A program made the position numbers and the translations under genes. The notes beneath the pieces are model-generated. The model saw only the letters and a list, made by a program, of their open reading frames with translations. It was not told the origin of the DNA and did no database searches. A DNA stretch of 62,411 nt, filler included. It is 10 parts of 10 records of this genome, joined end to end, with 100 filler letters (N's around TTAATTAATTAA, not from the genome) between each part and the next. Parts side by side here need not be neighbours in the genome. Positions count along the whole stretch, not along the records: positions 1 to 7,829 come from SRR31147125_71949; positions 7,930 to 13,203 come from SRR31147125_71997; 8 more parts are not named here. One strand, given 5' to 3'. Every line of letters begins with the position of its first letter. The first letter of the stretch is position 1. Below are positions 1-11,100 of this stretch, in pieces.

Positions 1-2091
1 GCTTCTCCTGCTCTGGCTGCTTCAACAGCCGCATTTAAAGCCAACAAGTTTGTCTGAAAGGCTATTTCATCTATTGTTTTGACGATTTTCACACTATCAT
101 CAGAGGAGGTTTTTATCATATTTATGGTATCTGAGAGTTGTCGCATCGTATCAAGTCCACCTGCAGTCGTGGTGCAGGATCCTTCAACAATTTTTTTGAC
201 TTCCCTGGTATTCTCGGTATTTTTTTCGTCAGGGCCACAATTTCCCGTAAATTACTCGCTATTTCTTCAAGAGCACTGGCCTGCTCGGCAGCGCCATTAG
301 CAGATGTTTGGCTGCTTTTACCTATTTGCTCCGAAGCAACTGCTACCTGTTGCGCGGATATAGATACCCGTTTCAGGCGATTGTCTAGTATTTCAATAGC
401 GGCATTCAAGTCTCGTTTTATTTTATCATGGTCTCCCTTGTAATCAGACAGCATTCTGCCTGTTAAATCATTATCCGTTACTTTTTTTAGAACGACAATG
501 GCCTCGTTTATTGGCCGTATGACCAGATCCAGAGTGTTATTAATTCCCTTGACTAATTTTTCATATTCGCCCTTGTAATTTGAGGACTGTGCGCGTACAT
601 CGAGCATGCCTTCAGTCGCAGAGTTTATAAGATTATTTATTTCCGAGATGACACTTTTAAGATTATTTGTCATATACAGCATAGCTTTGGCCAGAACATC
701 TTTTTCAGAGACAGCTTTGATATCTATTTCCATGTTTCCTTGAGCAATTTGCTCTGCAGCCGTTGCTTTCTCCTGGAGATATAAAATCATGTGGCGAAAG
801 GCATCTGCCAGTTTACCGGTTTCATCTTGTGATGAATGATTAATGGATTGCTCTATATCACCCTGTGCCAATTTATTGGCTGAATCTGTCAGCATTCCGA
901 TTGGGCGAGTGAGCTTTTTGCTTATTATTGTTGCTATCAGAATAATAACAGCAAAGATAAGGAGTCCACCAAACGCCAGGTACATGGCCAGGCTTGTAAA
1001 AGAAGCCTCAATTATTCCCTGTGTTTTTTTCATGTCATCTTCGTAGGACGAAGCACCGATAATCCAATCCCATGGTTCAAAATAGGTAAAAGATGTTAAC
1101 TTGGTTTGCGTATAGGATTCATCCGGATTCTTCCACTGATATTTTTTAAAGAAAATGTCACCAGTGTGGGATTGAAGCGCTTTGTCTATTATGGCTTGAA
1201 TAAAGTAGTGACCATTATCATTTTTTGAATCCAGAAGATTTTCGCCGTCGTAAAGTCCCTTCTTTGAAATGATATAACGCCCTTTTTCATTTCCTTTGCC
1301 GCCGATAACAAAAATATAGCCAGATTTTCCAACTACCATATTTAATATATAGTCACGCACTTGTTTGATTTCATCGTTTTGTTTAATACCAACGTAAAGC
1401 ATTCCGATGATGTCGCCTGCGTGGTCTCTGATAGGCTCATAAGCAGTAAAATACCAGGCATTCACGACATATGCTCTGCCGGAAAAAGTGTTGCCTGAAA
1501 GTACTGTTGAGACAACAGGATTCGGATCTCCATCCGGATTCCGGGCCGGGATAAATGTCCCAATTGCTCGCGTGTGATCCAATTTTTCAACATTAGTCGC
1601 CACTCGAAGCATGTCACCCTTTTCATTCATTTTTTGAAATATAGTGCAGGTACTTCCGGAAGCCAATTTTACCTGATCGACAATAGGCGTTTTGATTGAC
1701 ATATCGCGATTTTTTTTCCCAGCCACTTGTTCCCGACCATCATTTTTGAGAGTTGGCAGGTGTGGGATTCCTTTGTAAATTGGTTTGTAGCTTTCCATTC
1801 AACCTTTCCGGATGTTAACGCTACTTTGCCTGCCTGATCTAAAATGTTTCTGGCCAGAACAAGCTCTGAGTTTAATCGTCGTTTTAAAAGACTGTCTGTT
1901 GCTTCGCAAAGTTTATAGGTGTCTTTTGCAAATTGTGATGTATTTTCTTTTATTAAAGTATCGATTTCTTTCTGAACGGTTACTTTAGCTTGTTGATTCT
2001 TGATCAGAGTTGTAATCGTAATCAGGAGTAAGGGTAACAGAGCAGAAAATAATGCCAGGCTGATTATTTTCTGTTTTATCGAGATCTTCAT
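1..2091 (-). CDS. Methyl-accepting chemotaxis protein (Cache sensor domains, HAMP, MCP signalling domain); 3'-truncated, with apparent homopolymer frameshifts near 1710 and 190-230
   Basis: ORFs 1669..2091 and 122..1798 join across a T-run. Cache-type sequences ([25 protein letters not shown]), TM and HAMP ([10 protein letters not shown]). Bases 1-75 reverse-translate to the MCP core [25 protein letters not shown]. Confidence 0.9.
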
Positions 2092-2251
2092 ATATCCCTC
2101 TCATGCTATTTAAACACATAACTGAAGCGCATTACATGGAAAGTGTTTTGATTTGAAATGTAATAAATTTAGACAGGTTTTTGGAAAAGCGGTACAATCC
2201 CAAGCATATTTTATAAACAGGTATTTAATAGCTCACCGCTGTGTCAATATT

Positions 2252-2267
2252 TGCAAGTTCTATGCCA
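2252..2267 (-). promoter_or_regulatory. sigma54 (-24/-12) promoter for the MCP gene
   Basis: Minus strand reads TGGCAT-AGAAC-TTGCA, matching TGGCAC-N5-TTGC, about 160 bp upstream of the MCP start. Confidence 0.7.
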
Positions 2268-2369
2268 CAAGTCATTGTGATTTAAAGGCTCATAATCGTT
2301 TGAAAAATGTATGGTTTATGTTTGTAAAAAATAAAATATCATAATTGAAAAGGATTAAAGTTTAAATAC

Positions 2370-2406
2370 TGTGACAAGTTTGCCGCATTGTGGTGAAACA
2401 TCCACA
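2370..2406. promoter_or_regulatory. Tandem palindromic enhancer-binding-protein sites (putative)
   Basis: TGTGACAAGTTTGCCGCA and TGTGGTGAAACATCCACA are adjacent 18-bp imperfect palindromes about 100-140 bp upstream of the sigma54 site. Confidence 0.5.
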
Positions 2407-2751
2407 GAATGACAAAAATAGAATGATCGGAATGCTATCGGGTTTTTTGTGATTTATGTGGTTTTGTTGATTGAAAATTTTTAGGTAAAGAAGGTTCTTT
2501 AAAGTGTGTTTAAAAGAAAAGTAATTTTGATTTATTTGTTTTTGAGATCTGTTTGAGAAAATTTATAATCGTATTCTTGAATTGTATTTTTATTATACTA
2601 TATTGGAACTATTATTTAAAATAATTTTTGTAAAAGAATCCATCGTTTTGTATTGTTTCGGGGGAGCGGGTTTAATTTTAACCAAACAGAATCGTATGTC
2701 TTTTATAGTGTGAAATGTCTTATCTTGTCTTATTGAATTTCGGAGGAAAAA

Positions 2752-4935
2752 ATGCGTTTTTGGATCTATCTTTTTATTCTATTGTCTTCAATTAATCTTT
2801 TTGCCAATCCTGACACCGATAAATTAAACCTGGCCCCAAATTTGTCTTTTGAAAAAGATCTTACCGGTATTCAAACCAATACATGTGTTTATGGTGGGTG
2901 GTTTCCGGTTGGTGTGGTGCCGGATTTTGGCAAGGGCAGCATGGAAATTGTCGAGGATGCACCGCGATCTGGTAAAAAGTCATTGAAAATAGTGCCACGG
3001 TTATCCAATGTTGAGGGCACGATCTATTTTAGTAAATATAATGGCGGAGAAGAAGTAAGGGAAAAAGTCAGTGGAAAAGGTGTGAGTGGCGCACGGACTT
3101 TGGCTTTCCGTCTGGATCAGGACATTTTAACCTGTAATGCCTCGGTTTGGGTGAAAAAAGAAAAACAGCAAAATATAAATTTAAAGCTTGTTTGGTATAC
3201 TCGCAGGCATCGTGAACCTTTTATCGAATTAAGCAAAGATTGTGTTTCTGAACCAGAAAAGAGTGAACAGGGATGGTATAAATATTCCATTCAGGGATAT
3301 CGTATACATACATCCCGCCAGGTTCAACTTGTCATCGAGACAGATATAGAAAAGCCTGTTTATATCGATGATGTTGAAATTTATTTTAATCGATATCCAC
3401 ATGTCGATTTACTTGTAAATCAACTGGGTTATGAAAGCCATTCGCGTGGGAAAGGAATTATATTACAATCTTCTACATCTTTGACTAATCTTGATAAATC
3501 TTTTCGTGTTATTAATCTGGAGAATTTCAAGACCGTGTATAACGGTACCTGGACTGAAAAAGGTTATTTTAGGGAATGGGATTGGTATCACTGGACAGCT
3601 GATATATCGACACTGCAAGCACCTGGTCGTTATGTTGTTGAAACTCAAATAGGTGAAAAATTGTATCATTCGCAACCATTTGAAATAGCAGATCATCTTT
3701 TATTACCCAAAACAGGCGAAATAGGATATCGTTTTTATTATTATCAGCGTTGCGGTATGGCAATACCTTATTTTCATGCTGCCTGTCATACAGACGATGC
3801 TAAAATGCTGGACGGCAGTTTTGGCGATTTGGCTGGTGGTTGGCATGATGCCGGAGATTATAACAAGTATAACGGGTATACACCAGAATCTGTTTACGCA
3901 CTTTTGCTAGCCTATGATCGGCATAAAGATTTTTTTGATCAGTTTGATCGGGACAACAATGGCTGTGCCGATATTTTGGACGAGGCATTGTGGGGCGCTC
4001 AATTTTTAGAAAAATGTATTGATCCTGAAACCGGTGGTATTATAGACAGAGTGTTTTCAGGTTATGGCTATTGGGGCAGACCTGAAGAGGAAACAGATAA
4101 TAATCCGGGCTCCGGCGATGAACGTCCTTCCAATGAGGTAAGAGGCGATGCTTCTTTTTGTATCCCGGGATTCGCTTTATTGGGGACATATCTGCCAAAG
4201 GGTGAGAATTATATTGATTTAGCCGCACAATTGTACAAAAAGATTGGTGGTGGAATAGATAAAGTTCTGCCGCTTTATAGGGCCACCGGTGATGAAAAGT
4301 ATCGTCAAATAGCCAGAAAAAGAGCAGAGACTTTAGTAGCCGAATTTGAAAACAACACCAACACATTTCGCGAACTGGCAGAGTATGCTATTGCTTTTCC
4401 AAAAGATTCCCTGGTTCCTCAGATTATTTCCCTGGGTTCCCGACGTCTCGCTGAACTGCAACAGATATGTGATAACACCTTTGGTATCACCAGACGACGA
4501 GACAATGATGGCCAATTGATCTATTTCCTTCATTATGGGGATGTGAATAACTGGTATGTTGGTGAAAGCCGGGAATTGCTGGACACTGCTTACGAAGGAA
4601 TGTTACTTGATAAATTGGGTTTTCCGGACGGGCGCATTATTGCTGAAAATCAGATTCACTGGATATTGGGTCGAAATCCTTTTGGCGTCTCAATGATGGA
4701 AGGCGTTGGCAGCGTTTTTATACCGCAGTACCATCATCGATATAATACGATCCCGGGAAATCCCCGTGGCGCGGTCCCTGGAGCTGTTGTCAATGGCATC
4801 ACCAGAACATGGCCGGATCATGACCGACCCTGGCTGGATTTACATCCGGAGCCAAATGGGGATTATCAGGCAAATGAACCCTGGCTTCCACATAATAACA
4901 GATGGTTGTTTTTGTTGTCTCTGTGGGCAGAATAA
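2752..4935 (+). CDS. Secreted GH9-like glycoside hydrolase (N-terminal CBM-like domain, Ig-like domain, GH9 catalytic domain)
   Basis: Signal peptide; VNQLGY Ig-like start; FYYYQRCG; DLAGGWHDAGDYNKY; WILGRNPFGVSMM..HHR; NE near the C-terminus; GGAGG RBS. Confidence 0.8.
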   Translation: MRFWIYLFILLSSINLFANPDTDKLNLAPNLSFEKDLTGIQTNTCVYGGWFPVGVVPDFGKGSMEIVEDAPRSGKKSLKIVPRLSNVEGTIYFSKYNGGEEVREKVSGKGVSGARTLAFRLDQDILTCNASVWVKKEKQQNINLKLVWYTRRHREPFIELSKDCVSEPEKSEQGWYKYSIQGYRIHTSRQVQLVIETDIEKPVYIDDVEIYFNRYPHVDLLVNQLGYESHSRGKGIILQSSTSLTNLDKSFRVINLENFKTVYNGTWTEKGYFREWDWYHWTADISTLQAPGRYVVETQIGEKLYHSQPFEIADHLLLPKTGEIGYRFYYYQRCGMAIPYFHAACHTDDAKMLDGSFGDLAGGWHDAGDYNKYNGYTPESVYALLLAYDRHKDFFDQFDRDNNGCADILDEALWGAQFLEKCIDPETGGIIDRVFSGYGYWGRPEEETDNNPGSGDERPSNEVRGDASFCIPGFALLGTYLPKGENYIDLAAQLYKKIGGGIDKVLPLYRATGDEKYRQIARKRAETLVAEFENNTNTFRELAEYAIAFPKDSLVPQIISLGSRRLAELQQICDNTFGITRRRDNDGQLIYFLHYGDVNNWYVGESRELLDTAYEGMLLDKLGFPDGRIIAENQIHWILGRNPFGVSMMEGVGSVFIPQYHHRYNTIPGNPRGAVPGAVVNGITRTWPDHDRPWLDLHPEPNGDYQANEPWLPHNNRWLFLLSLWAE

Positions 4936-5218
4936 AAGGAGAAATGAAAATATTTATTCGCCTTATTAATTATTGATATTTTTGTGTCATTGTATACAGA
5001 TGAGGATGGGAATGGAGGTCCTGGAAGAGCTTTGTTCCCACTCGAAAATTTTCCATATATAAGAATAGTCTTGCAACTAAAGTCCCCATTTGTTACTATT
5101 GCAGGTAAGTATGTAATAAGCTTTCTCAACCCACCATGTTGAGGATAGGGTGAATAGGATTTTTAACGATCCTGTTATACTCATCCAGACAAAAAATAAA
5201 AAGTGATCAGGGGGAATT

Positions 5219-5763
5219 ATGACTGTAAAACGTACAAGTACAAATAGAGACGTCCATTTGAATGTAACGGATGTTGACAAGTTACTCGCTGAAATGAGTT
5301 CCTTACGTCGTCAGATAGAACAGGCAGAAACCGAGATGGCGGAAATCATCATGAAAGCAAAGGAACAGGCGAATGTCCAGGTATGTGAGCCACAGAAACG
5401 TATGAAACAGATTGAAAAACAGATAAAGGCATTCGTGCTGGCCAACCATCACCTTTTTCAGGTTCAAAAGACAAAAAACTCAATTATGGCGAAATTGGTT
5501 TGCGGAAATCACCGGGTGCTTTAAAGTATGTAACTGGCTGGACAAAGGATAAAGTACTTGAGCATCTCGAACACAAACGTCTGATGAAAAAGTATGTCAA
5601 AGTGAAAAAAGATGTGGATCGTGTTTTATTACTGGCTGACATCCGCGCAAATGCAATCAGCCGAAAACAGGCTGAACATTGTGGTGTCCGTTTAGAAGAA
5701 CGGGAAGAAGCTTTTGTCAAAGTCTATTCTGAGGAGATTGTTTTTGCGGAAGATGCTACCTGA
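5219..5763 (+). CDS. Mu Gam-like (host-nuclease inhibitor / DNA end-binding) protein, split by a 1-bp deletion in an A-run at about 5473-5478
   Basis: Adding one A joins ORFs 5219..5524 and 5500..5763 into about 181 aa: a coiled coil followed by KTKKLNYGEIGLRKSP..VKVKKDVDR..GVRLEEREEAFV, typical of Gam. GGGGA RBS. Confidence 0.75.
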
Positions 5764-6120
5764 TTGCATTTGAAATTCGAAATACTTTTTTTAAAAATGC
5801 TATGAGATTATAGTATAGTGCGTTTTGAGGTAACACGGGGCTATAAAATACCAGCATAGATTGAGATAGTGTTGAAAAGGGTGATTTTGTTTGGTTTTCA
5901 GGTTAATTTTTGTAAAAGTAATTGCTTTATTGGGATTTGCGATTTGCAAAGCATTTATTACTCTGTCTTATTTTAACGTCTCCATGGTCGTAACTGTTAT
6001 ATTTTCCTGGTTGAAATTAAATAGAAAGCGAATTTTTGCATTATTCGGATTGTTAACTTTAATAAGTATTTAATATACTATGGGGGCGTAATATATTTCG
6101 GTGAAATTCAGGATCAACAT

Positions 6121-7269
6121 ATGAAATATTATGATTTGACAGAGTTTTTAAGACTCTCCGCTGTGTTGAACTATCAGCTAAGCGCCAAAACTGTGGATTG
6201 GAACAATATTGCCACGATTATATTGAGAAAAAAAGATATTTCGGATTACAGCAGGGATGTTTTGCTTGACGCTATGAATTATTTGGGAAATGTTTATGGT
6301 AAAAAGAAACGCAGGTTGGGTTCGCTTTCTGTGTTGCATCCTTTACGCGCAACTGTATTGTTCTCTGTGGCTCAGGAAAAACCGGATTTGCTGGATCTAT
6401 TGACAATATTGCTGCATGATAACTTTGAAGATATTAATCCAAAGAATTTTCACACCTCTAATTGGTCCAGGCTTGACGAGCAGTTTCAAGCCATCCTTGG
6501 TAAATTATCCAATGGCGATCGGTGGTATCTTATGGAACGGTTGCAGTGGCTAACGAAAACTCGGAAAGAAACCTATTATAGCTACATTGGAAGATTGCTA
6601 TATCAAGCCAGTGATACTCCAGAAGTCGTGCGTGTAAAATTAGCCGATCGTCTTGACAATACACTTGATATGCGCATCGATTTGGAAGATCCTCTGGATC
6701 ATGTGGACTTTTTTGAACATATCTTTCAAATGATGTTTATCAACACTTATAATGGGTACAATCCGGATATACCACATCAATCATCAACAGCATTGAATGG
6801 AGCGCAAAGATTATATCAACTGTTTAAGAATATCATTTTGATGTCCCTTGTTCGACAGAGAAAGACGGTATGTCAGGACCATATCGCTAAAGAGTTATTT
6901 GAAAGCCTTGCTTTGGCAAGCATGAAAGAGGCTCAACGGATCGCTCTGCATATCATTGGTTATCATGACACAGAATTGGATTCTTTAAGAGAACTATTGA
7001 TAGAAACAATGAAATATGTTCAAAAGGGTGGTATTGATACAGTTACGTCAACTGTTCAGGGAACTCGACTGGACGGACTGTTTGTATCCCGATTTGATGA
7101 TTCTGTAAAACGATCCAGAGAAAAACTCGCAGACTTGTATACCGATAAACCGCTTATGATTGAGGCGTCCATAGCATTTATTGTCATTTTTTTGAGTTAC
7201 CTGAACGATCCGGATTATTATGTACGCGGGATAAGTGAGGAGGGTATTGATCCAAAAGTGATCGTGTGA
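6121..7269 (+). CDS. RelA/SpoT-hydrolase-like (Mesh1/SAH-type) HD protein with a long C-terminal extension
   Basis: YGKKKRRLG..LHP, LLHDNFED and VKLADRLDN motifs in the first ~185 aa; no synthetase motif recognised. Confidence 0.7.
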   Translation: MKYYDLTEFLRLSAVLNYQLSAKTVDWNNIATIILRKKDISDYSRDVLLDAMNYLGNVYGKKKRRLGSLSVLHPLRATVLFSVAQEKPDLLDLLTILLHDNFEDINPKNFHTSNWSRLDEQFQAILGKLSNGDRWYLMERLQWLTKTRKETYYSYIGRLLYQASDTPEVVRVKLADRLDNTLDMRIDLEDPLDHVDFFEHIFQMMFINTYNGYNPDIPHQSSTALNGAQRLYQLFKNIILMSLVRQRKTVCQDHIAKELFESLALASMKEAQRIALHIIGYHDTELDSLRELLIETMKYVQKGGIDTVTSTVQGTRLDGLFVSRFDDSVKRSREKLADLYTDKPLMIEASIAFIVIFLSYLNDPDYYVRGISEEGIDPKVIV

Positions 7270-7301
7270 GAGCTATATTGGGGGACTTTATAATATTAAG
7301 G

Positions 7302-7349
7302 AAAAACCCATCCCACGGAATTACCCTTCCGAGGGATGGGTTTTCTTTT
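7302..7349. terminator. Bidirectional intrinsic terminator
   Basis: AAAACCCATCCC-CGGAA...TTCCG-GGGATGGGTTTT hairpin with A and T flanks between convergent genes. Confidence 0.8.
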
Positions 7350-7352
7350 ATA

Positions 7353-7829
7353 TTAAACCGGGTGGCGGGTTTGCCCTTGACCTAATACGACAAATTTTCG
7401 CGTAGTTAATGCTTCCACTCCCATTGGACCATAGGCGTGCAGTTTGGTGGTGGATATTCCTATTTCCGCTCCCAATCCAAGTTCACCTCCATCTGAAAAA
7501 CGGGAGGACGCATTCACCATCACAACGGCTGAATTGACTTTGTGTAGAAATTGTTGAGAGTTTTCAAGATTATTCGTCACAATGACATCTGTATGATCAG
7601 AACTGAATCTTTCAAGATGTTCGAACGTGTCTTCCATGTTATTAACGACTTTGATTGCAAGAATGAGAGCCAGGTATTCTGCATCATAATCTTCATCTGT
7701 TGCCGCTAAAACATCAGGGAGGATTTCTCTTGTCCGCTCGCATCCTCGTAATTCAACGCCTCTTTTTTCATGGCTTTGCTGGCCATTGGTAAAAACTGTT
7801 TAGCCACATCTTCGTGTACGAGCAATGTT
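7353..7829 (-). CDS. proA: Gamma-glutamyl phosphate reductase, C-terminal part (frameshift near 7770)
   Basis: [32 protein letters not shown] signature; upstream [12 protein letters not shown] and ELRGC. Confidence 0.92.
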
Positions 7830-7929
7830 NNNNNNNNNNNNNNNNNNNNNNNNNNNNNNNNNNNNNNNNNNNNTTAATTAATTAANNNNNNNNNNNNNNN
7901 NNNNNNNNNNNNNNNNNNNNNNNNNNNNN
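7830..7929. other. Artificial contig linker (N-run + TTAATTAATTAA + N-run); repeated at 13204, 19142, 24485, 31198, 36864, 44014, 51087 and 57037
   Basis: Identical 100-bp spacer with stops in all six frames; genes are truncated and base composition changes at each linker. Confidence 0.98.
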
Positions 7930-8153
7930 GTGAATATCTGTCCAGGTACTTATTTGGGAAGGGGGATTCCAAATTTCGGCAGTCCGTTGTTGGGGCATCC
8001 CTCGGTGGTTCCCCAATGAGGGACCCACTGTGCCCCCCCCCCACCCCACCCCCGACATTGGTCGATGTTAAAATCATCCTCCTTTTGAAATTTTCGAATC
8101 ATCGAGGAACTGAAAAAGTGCAAACAATCGGTCGATTTAATGAGTTGAAAAAT

Positions 8154-11100
8154 ATGTGTTCAATAGTATCTGTCGCTGTTTTTCTTTTGCTTAACAGCGC
8201 CTCTCTTTTTGCTCAGGCGCACTCCATTGTCGGAGGCGTGGATAAGGGAGAGTTTGCCGGTTTCATCAGCGAGTCCGAGGAGAGCCTCACGTTGGAGGAG
8301 AGGCACCCCATCAGCAGAAAGCGGTATGACCAAGGGGGAAAAATGGTGGTTTTGATCCCCCACTGAAACTCACCATGGAGGAAGCAGTATGGCTCAGGGA
8401 GCATCCTCGTATTCGTGTCGCCGTCATGGATGCCTGGCCGCCAATGGATTTTCTGGATACATCGGGAAGACCGGTGGGGATTGGTGTCGATTTTATCCAT
8501 GTCATCAACACACAGCTTGGCGGTATTCTGGAGATTACCCCCGGAACTTTCAAAAATAACATGGATAAGGTGAGAGACCGGCGGATGGACGCTCTGTTGG
8601 ACGTGACACCGAAACCTGAGCGGCGGAAATTTTTAAATTTTACCAGACCCTACCTGACAATTCCCCACGTCATCGTCGGCCGAAAAGATGGGCAATACTT
8701 TTCCTCCGAGTTGGAACTGACAGGCAAAACAATTGCCTTGGAAAAAGGGTTTTTCAACGTAAAATATTTCAAAGAGACATACCCGGACATAACAATCCAA
8801 GAGTACCCTGATACCTCTCGGGCCTTAGGTGCCGTTGCCCGTGGGCGGGCAGATGCCTATGCCGGTAACCGGGCTGTGGCAGCCTGGATCATGGAGAGGG
8901 AGATCATGTCCAATCTCCGGATTCAAGGTCGACTTGAGCAAACCCGTTCCGTGCTGACCATCGGCGTTCGCAAAGATTGGCCCATACTGGCATCGATCCT
9001 GGATAAAGCGCTGGCAGCCGTTCCCATGGATGAGGTGGTTTCCATTCGCAGTAAATGGACCGGACTTGCTCATACGGATTCATCTGCACCGGTCGAACTT
9101 ACCCCTGAAGAGAAGGCCTGGATTCAAGCAAAAAATGCCCCGGTGATTGTTGGGGTGGAGATGGACTGGCCCCCTTACGATTTCATGGAAGATGGAGAGG
9201 TCATGGGCTATTCCAATGAACTGGTGAAACTGGTGGCCCAAAAGACCGGATTGTCGCTACAATTCATATCGGGATATACCTGGGCACAACTGGTCGAGAA
9301 ATTTGAGAGTCGAGAGATCGATCTTCTTCCTGCAGTCTATAAGACGCCGGAAAGAGAGAAAAACATGGCCTTTACCAAAAGTTATGCGGCAAATCCATCG
9401 GTGCTGGTGGTCCATGAAGATCGATCGGATACCAAGGGATTTGAGGATCTTTCCCAAAAAAAACTGGCCGTTCCCAAAGGATTTTCCATCACCGATCACT
9501 TACTGAAAATCAGGCCGGACATTATTCAGGTCGAGGTGGCCAATGTACTGGAGGGGCTGAAAGCGGTTTCCTTGAAAAAAGCCGACGCATTTGTGGGAAG
9601 CCTGGGGGTTATTTCATATTTTCTGAAGGAAAACCTGATTCCGGGATTGCGCATTGTGGATGAAGTTGTTTTGGACAAAGATGACGCCGTCAAACTGCAT
9701 GTGGCCATGAAAAAGGATCAAGTTATCCTGGGAAATATCGTGCAAAAGGGGCTGGACGCAGTGACGGAGGCGGAATGGAATCATTTACGGCTACGATGGC
9801 TGGTTTCGGAAATGATCAATCCCCCAAAAGCCAGACTTAAACTGACTGATCGGGAAAAAGAGTGGCTCCGGCAGGCAAAACCTGTCCGGATCTCTGTGGA
9901 TCCCAGCTGGCTTCCAATAGAGCGTATCAACCCTGAAACCGGTCGACATGAAGGGATTGCTGCGGATTTCATTCAGTTGATTTCCGAAATCACCGGGCTT
10001 CAATTCAACCTTGTTTCCACTCCCGATTGGAGCGCCTCTGTGGATTTGGCAAAATCCGGGGATATCGACATGCTGCCTACATGTAGTAAAACCGTGGAGC
10101 GGGAAACCTTTCTGGACTTCTCGGTTCCGTATCTTGAGCTTTCCAATGCCGTGGTCATGAAAAACGATGTCCCTTTTCTAAACGATATCGGAGAATTGGC
10201 CGGTAAACAGGTGGGCATCAGTGAGGGAACCTCCATTCATCATCATCTGGCGATTTACCATCCGGAGTTGAAGTTAGTACCGGTCAAGGGAAGCTTGAAT
10301 GGGTTGGAGATGGTGAGTCGTGGCCGGATAGATGCGTTTATCGATACATTGGAAGTGCTCGGCTATTTAATCAACACCCATGGTTTGTTTCACCTGAAAG
10401 TCTCATTAAGGTTGCAACAAAAGCGTAACCTCTGCATGGCCTTACGTAAAGGAATGGCGCCTGAGTTGATGAGCATCCTCAACAAAGGAATTGAGGTTGT
10501 AACTCCGGAAGAGACAAACGGATTTTACAGAAGATGGATCAGTCTCACCGTGGATGAAAAGGTCGACTACACCATTTTCTGGGAGATCGGTGTGCCTGTG
10601 GCCGGCGTGATTTTTCTCATCATGACCATTATCAGCGTTTGGAACAGAAAATTGGCCAGGGAGATCGATGAGCGAAAGAAAGTTGAAACGATATTGAGTG
10701 ATGCACTGAACCTTATCACCTCCAGTATTCGCTATGCCGGTCGCATTCAACGATCCGTGCTTCCACAGGATGATGAGATGAAATCTCTGCTGAAAAATTA
10801 CTTTGTACTCTGGAAACCCAGGGATATGGTGGGGGGAGATATTTACTGGGGCACCCGTTGGGGAGGCGGCACTCTCATTATGTTGGCGGATTGCACCGGA
10901 CATGGGGTGCCGGGTGCTTTTATGACACTGATTTCAACCGGTGCCCTGGATCGGGCCCTCATGGAGGTGGAAGAGGGAAATGTGGCTGCTTTGATCCGGC
11001 GGATGCATCAGCTGGTCCAAAACACATTGAGTCAGCGTCCGGAATTTGGAGCCGAAAACAGTTCCGACGAAGGGCTGGAGTTGGGTTTTTGTTACCTTTC

